Assembly (NCBI RefSeq): GCF_009914755.1 | Contig: NC_060947.1 | DNA length: 64,000 nucleotides | Reading direction: 5' to 3' (one strand) | From: the human T2T-CHM13v2.0 reference genome, Homo sapiens | In this document: piece after piece, positions 57,461 through 64,000 of the stretch | Position numbering within the stretch: the stretch's first letter is position 1 | Layout: each line of letters opens with the position of its first letter | Program-made: the position numbers and the translations under genes | Notes under the pieces: generated by a model | Databases searched by the model: none | Told to the model about the DNA's origin: nothing | Seen by the model: the letters and a program-made list of their open reading frames with translations, nothing else

Positions 57461-57888
57461 TCAATTGGGATATTGGGAGTTTCTTTGTAGGCCCCCATTT
57501 TGGTGATTCCCCGCTGCTGTAGGTTGAGGAGAGAAAGAGAGAAGCCTAATTTACTCAAACAGGGAATGATATATGTATTAGAGAAGCCAGTCCATCGGGG
57601 GCAGTCTGAACTGGGCTGGGAATGTTTGGTCTCTACAAGATAGTATGGGCTGAAAATTACATATGCGTCTCCCTGGGCAGAGAGGGAGGCGGAAGGGAGG
57701 CTGGGTATGAAAAAGTGAGTTTGAGGCTTGCCAAAGATTTGCCATGGGTTCATCATCTCTGATCAAAGGAGAACAAATTCTACTTAAAAGGCAGGAAATT
57801 AGAAAATTAATTGACTTAACTGCAATGTACATACCCCATACACAACATATTGGTCTCAAAAGTTGTCTGTGGTTGTGATTTTCATAAA

Positions 57889-58362
<474 letters not shown>

Positions 58363-58369
58363 GTAAAGA

Positions 58370-58900
58370 GCAATTTATACATAGCTCATGTCATTTGAAA
58401 ATGGCCATTTTGGTAAGCTGTTGCTCTTCCAGTAATAATTTTAAATGAAGCAATACCTTGAACCAAGAAAAAACAATTTGTCTTGATTTTGAGCGCTTTT
58501 TCATACCACAATGTATTAAATGTGTCCATCATTCAATGGCAGTTTTTCACAAGGAAATCTCCTTAAAACAGAACTCACCAGCCAATTCATGTCCAAACTA
58601 CTCGGTGGACGACCTAATGTATTACTTTTCAGCAGATCGATTCTACCAGAGATGGAACCGCCACTGTGAAAAATGTCCTTGCTTTTCTTACTGGTGTCGA
58701 ATGGCAGCTCCTGGTCTGTCTCAGCTCAGAACACTCAGTGGCTTGCAAAGCCAGCTGTTTTCACGGTCGACTGTTTCACACAGCTTGGTCAGAACCACAT
58801 TAATGGGAACCCTGCCGCTGCTGAACTATGAAATTTCCTGATTAAGGAAATGAGAGGAAATAAGACATTAACTAGCACCTACACAGGGCACACAAACTTG
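58370..58900. promoter_or_regulatory. repeat-free, CpG-retaining candidate regulatory/exonic island
   Basis: 9 CpGs in ~330 bp (58490-58820); E-box cagctg; TAAT cores. Confidence 0.35.
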
Positions 58901-60586
58901 GGGAGTTTTTTTTTTTTTTTTTTTCATTCTTCGAGAGAATTAAAAGCAGAAGATGCTGCTGTTACAATTCCCTGAAATAAGATGCCAGAACCAAGGACGA
59001 ACATTTAACAGCTGTTTTGGAACTGATTCTGGGAATAAACAAAAAGCTGCCTATGGTTTTGCCACAGTTAAAAAGCACAGACTCTGTGATTCATACACAG
59101 TCTATATCATGTGAATGGAGCCAAAGGAATGATACCAAGAAAAGACAATGACAAAAAGGGAGGTTTAATCGTCATGATGGTTGCAATTATAATTAAATGT
59201 TAACTTGAGAAGAGGATTGCTTCACTCTGCTAAGGACGCCAAGGATTTGAGGGGTGTCTACAGCAAGTGGACCAAAGGCTGTTGAAATTTCTCTCCCTAC
59301 TCAAAGAACTTCAAACTTTAACCTATTAATATTTATAAAATAGAGAGAAGGAAAATATTATTTTGATAGCTGGTATGAAAATTCTTAGAAGGTTTCAATT
59401 CTCTCTCCTCCTTTCCCTTCTTCCCTCTAGGTCTCCCTCCCTCCTTTCTCTCTTGCCTTCCTGCCTTACATTAAAAAAAAAAAGCCTGTTTAGAGTAGAA
59501 GCTGAGATGGCAAGGGGCCTAAGTATGAACAGAACTGCTTGGCATGAAACAAGGAAAGAAATTTGTGTTTTGAACCAGAGAGAGAGAAGAGAGAAAAGTA
59601 AAATGAGAAAATGGAGTAAGAAAATGGGCTGAGGAATATGGGGTATACTCTGTAACCCCCAAATCTTCAGTGAAGTTCTAAAGTCACAAAATGCTCATGG
59701 GGACAGTGTGGGTGGGGGTAGTCAGGGATCTTGTGCAACAACCGGGAAAGGGTCTGACCTTTGGCAAGGGAAGGAATCAAGAACACATGCAGAGACAACA
59801 AATTAGGGCCATGAATTAGGGCCAGGATTTGCAGAAATTGTAGGAAGGGCTGTGGATTCTCATTGTCTGTGACACCTGGGGTTTCAGCCAAGTTTACCTT
59901 AACCTCTGAAGGCCAGAGCAGCTTCATCTGGGATATATTTGCAAGGATTTGAGAGAAGTTTCTTATACGGACACAGTCATTGGATTTATAGTCCACCCTA
60001 AATCCAGTTTTTCATTTAAGCTACATGGCTGTGAAGCCACGCTGTGGTTTTTCATTGAGTTCTGTACACTGTATTTTTTGAGTCATACCTGGAATCATGA
60101 TCAAGTTTCCATGGGGCACAGGAATCTAATGCATGCTTCCCAATTCTGACTGCATTAGGAGTGGAAGAGGTTAGACAATATTCATTATCTGGCCAACCAC
60201 CTCAATCCATCCACCCATGAACTCAGCAAGCATACGGAACACTTTCTATGTTTAAGGCACTTGTCGACAAAGATGGACAAGACCTAGATCCTCATCTCAA
60301 GGAGCTTAGTCTAATGACACATGTAGTGCTGTTGAATTGTGCTCACCCAAAAAGATATGTCCAGGTCCTAACTCTGGTACCTATGAATGTGGCCTTATTT
60401 GAAAATATGGCCTTTGCAGACATAATTAAGGATCTCAGGATAAGAACATTCTGGATTTAGGGTGGGTTATAAATCTGATGACAGTGTCCTTTTAAGAGAC
60501 AGAAAAGGAAGACACAGAGAAAAAGATGGCCAAGGGAAGATGGAGGCAGAGCGACTCATGCCGCTACAAGCCAAGGAAAATCGAGG

Positions 60587-60707
60587 GTTTTTCCTTTAAG
60601 CTATGTGGCTGTGAAGCCATGCAGTGGTTTTTCATTGCGTTCTGTGCACTAAATTTTTTGAGCAATACTTGGAATAATGATCAGGTTTCCTCGGAGCACA
60701 GGAATCT
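60587..60707 (+). repeat. 121-bp direct copy of 60007-60127
   Basis: Ungapped, offset 580, 17 mismatches by hand count. Confidence 0.95.
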
Positions 60708-60796
60708 CTAATTTTTCCCACTGAGGCCTTCAGAGGGAACCAGCTCTGCTGACACCTTGACTTTGGATTTCTGGGCTCCAGACTGTGAGAGAATAA

Positions 60797-61141
<345 letters not shown>

Positions 61142-61489
61142 TAAGCCACTCAGTTTGTGGTTATTTGTTACGGCAGCACTTAGGAAACCAATACAGCAAC
61201 TTGTACTGCAGTAGCTAGGTACCAGGCAGAAAGGGGTAAATGCCACAACAAAAGTATAAGATGCTTTGACAGTTTGGATGGAGAAGAGCTGACTTAAAGT
61301 TGGTGAGAGTGCAGGAGAGGCGGCGGTTCAGAGAGGTTTTATGGTGGTGGCAACATTTGGGCTGAATCTGAGGGAAAACATATGATTTTGACATTCAGAG
61401 ATGGTGGTGTAATAAATTGGTCACATGGTTCTAGTTAACTCCACTTATCTCATCACATAGAACATCGGTGTGGCTATCAAGGAAGCAGA

Positions 61490-61508
61490 TAGCACCCTCT
61501 GGTGCAAA
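61490..61508 (-). promoter_or_regulatory. CTCF-like motif
   Basis: reverse complement tttgCACCAGAGGGtGCTA; motif only. Confidence 0.35.
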
Positions 61509-61548
61509 TGTGAAAACACTCCTCAACAATAGCACCCATCCTCACTAA

Positions 61549-62540
<992 letters not shown>

Positions 62541-62752
62541 TGGCTATGCCAGACACTGGGGTTCCCCCTCTCTCCCCTGGAACTGTATTTCTGCTGAGTG
62601 TCTGGGTCCAGTGAGATATTATGCACACTATTTACACTTTATTCCATGCCAAGGTGGAAAGGGGGGTTGGACCAAGCAGAAATCCCAAGAACTCCTGTCC
62701 CTCTCCATTATATGGCCTGGACACCAGCCAAGCTCAAGAAGACAGCAGTCTA

Positions 62753-62831
62753 TTATGTTCGTGCAAAAGTAATTGCGTTTTTTGCCATTAAAGTAACGTC
62801 AAAAACCATACTTACTTTTGCCCCAACCTGA
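62753..62831. mobile_element. MADE1 (Hsmar1 mariner MITE; miR-548-family-type hairpin)
   Basis: tta.gtt.gtgcaaaagtaattgcg.tttttgccatt...caaaaacc...ttacttttgc.ccaacct; TA flanks. Confidence 0.9.
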
Positions 62832-63104
62832 TAGTTCCTTTTCCCTGGGCCCTACCTGGTCTCTCCAAGGCAGAGAGCTCCTCCCTAGAAGAAAGTTCAT
62901 TCAGCTCCATCTGACCACCCTGAGGAGGGGAGAATCCACTTGCAGGAGGAAGAAGAGAACTTTGATCGGTCCATAACTTCCCCGTGGGTAGAGGGTGAGT
63001 GAGGGACCACATTGTGTCACTGCCTTGAAACCCGTATAGTCCCTCCCTGATATTGAGGGGAGAGGGTAACAGAAGAGGGCTGGAGGACTGCACGGTGCAA
63101 ACTG

Positions 63105-63250
63105 TTTTACATTTAAGATCTCACTTTATCCTCACAATTCTACATGTTTTAAGTATTATTTCTCCCCATTTCTTCCACAGTCCAGGATACTAAAGTTCAG
63201 AGAGGTCATATAACTTTTCAAAGGTCACACTACTAAAAAAACGGAGTCAG
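63105..63250 (-). mobile_element. MIR
   Basis: atcctcacaa...ccccattt...gttcagagagg...aaggtcacac. Confidence 0.7.
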
Positions 63251-63261
63251 GCAGAAATGAT

Positions 63262-64000
<739 letters not shown>

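Noticed and set aside
58458-58841. 127-aa plus-strand ORF in unique island
   Set aside because: TTG start, no recognisable homology; kept only as a non-coding island.

Overview
Primate (very probably human) non-coding genomic DNA, dominated by interspersed repeats: about 62 Alu/FLAM/FAM copies (roughly 27% of the window), many old L1M fragments, L2/MIR, ERVL and MaLR LTRs (THE1, MST, MLT1, MLT2A, LTR33-like) and DNA-transposon fossils (MER5, MER20, MADE1). I found no credible protein-coding exon, RNA gene, CpG island or CRISPR array. Almost all listed ORFs are Alu, L1 or LTR translations. The least ordinary signal is four short (43-190 bp) same-orientation DNA patches copied from donors 0.6-2.0 kb away. 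They include composite repeat junctions that retrotransposition cannot explain, and they look like fossil templated-insertion repair scars. Other items: a near-perfect AluYc1-type insertion, a MADE1 (miR-548-type) hairpin, an MLT2A solo LTR and three THE1 LTRs with DUX4-type motifs, and two repeat-poor, CpG-retaining enhancer-like islands (44.1-46.8 kb and 58.4-58.9 kb) bracketed by convergent CTCF-like motifs. Repeat subfamily names come from recalled consensus sequences and boundaries are approximate. No alignment or database search was run.
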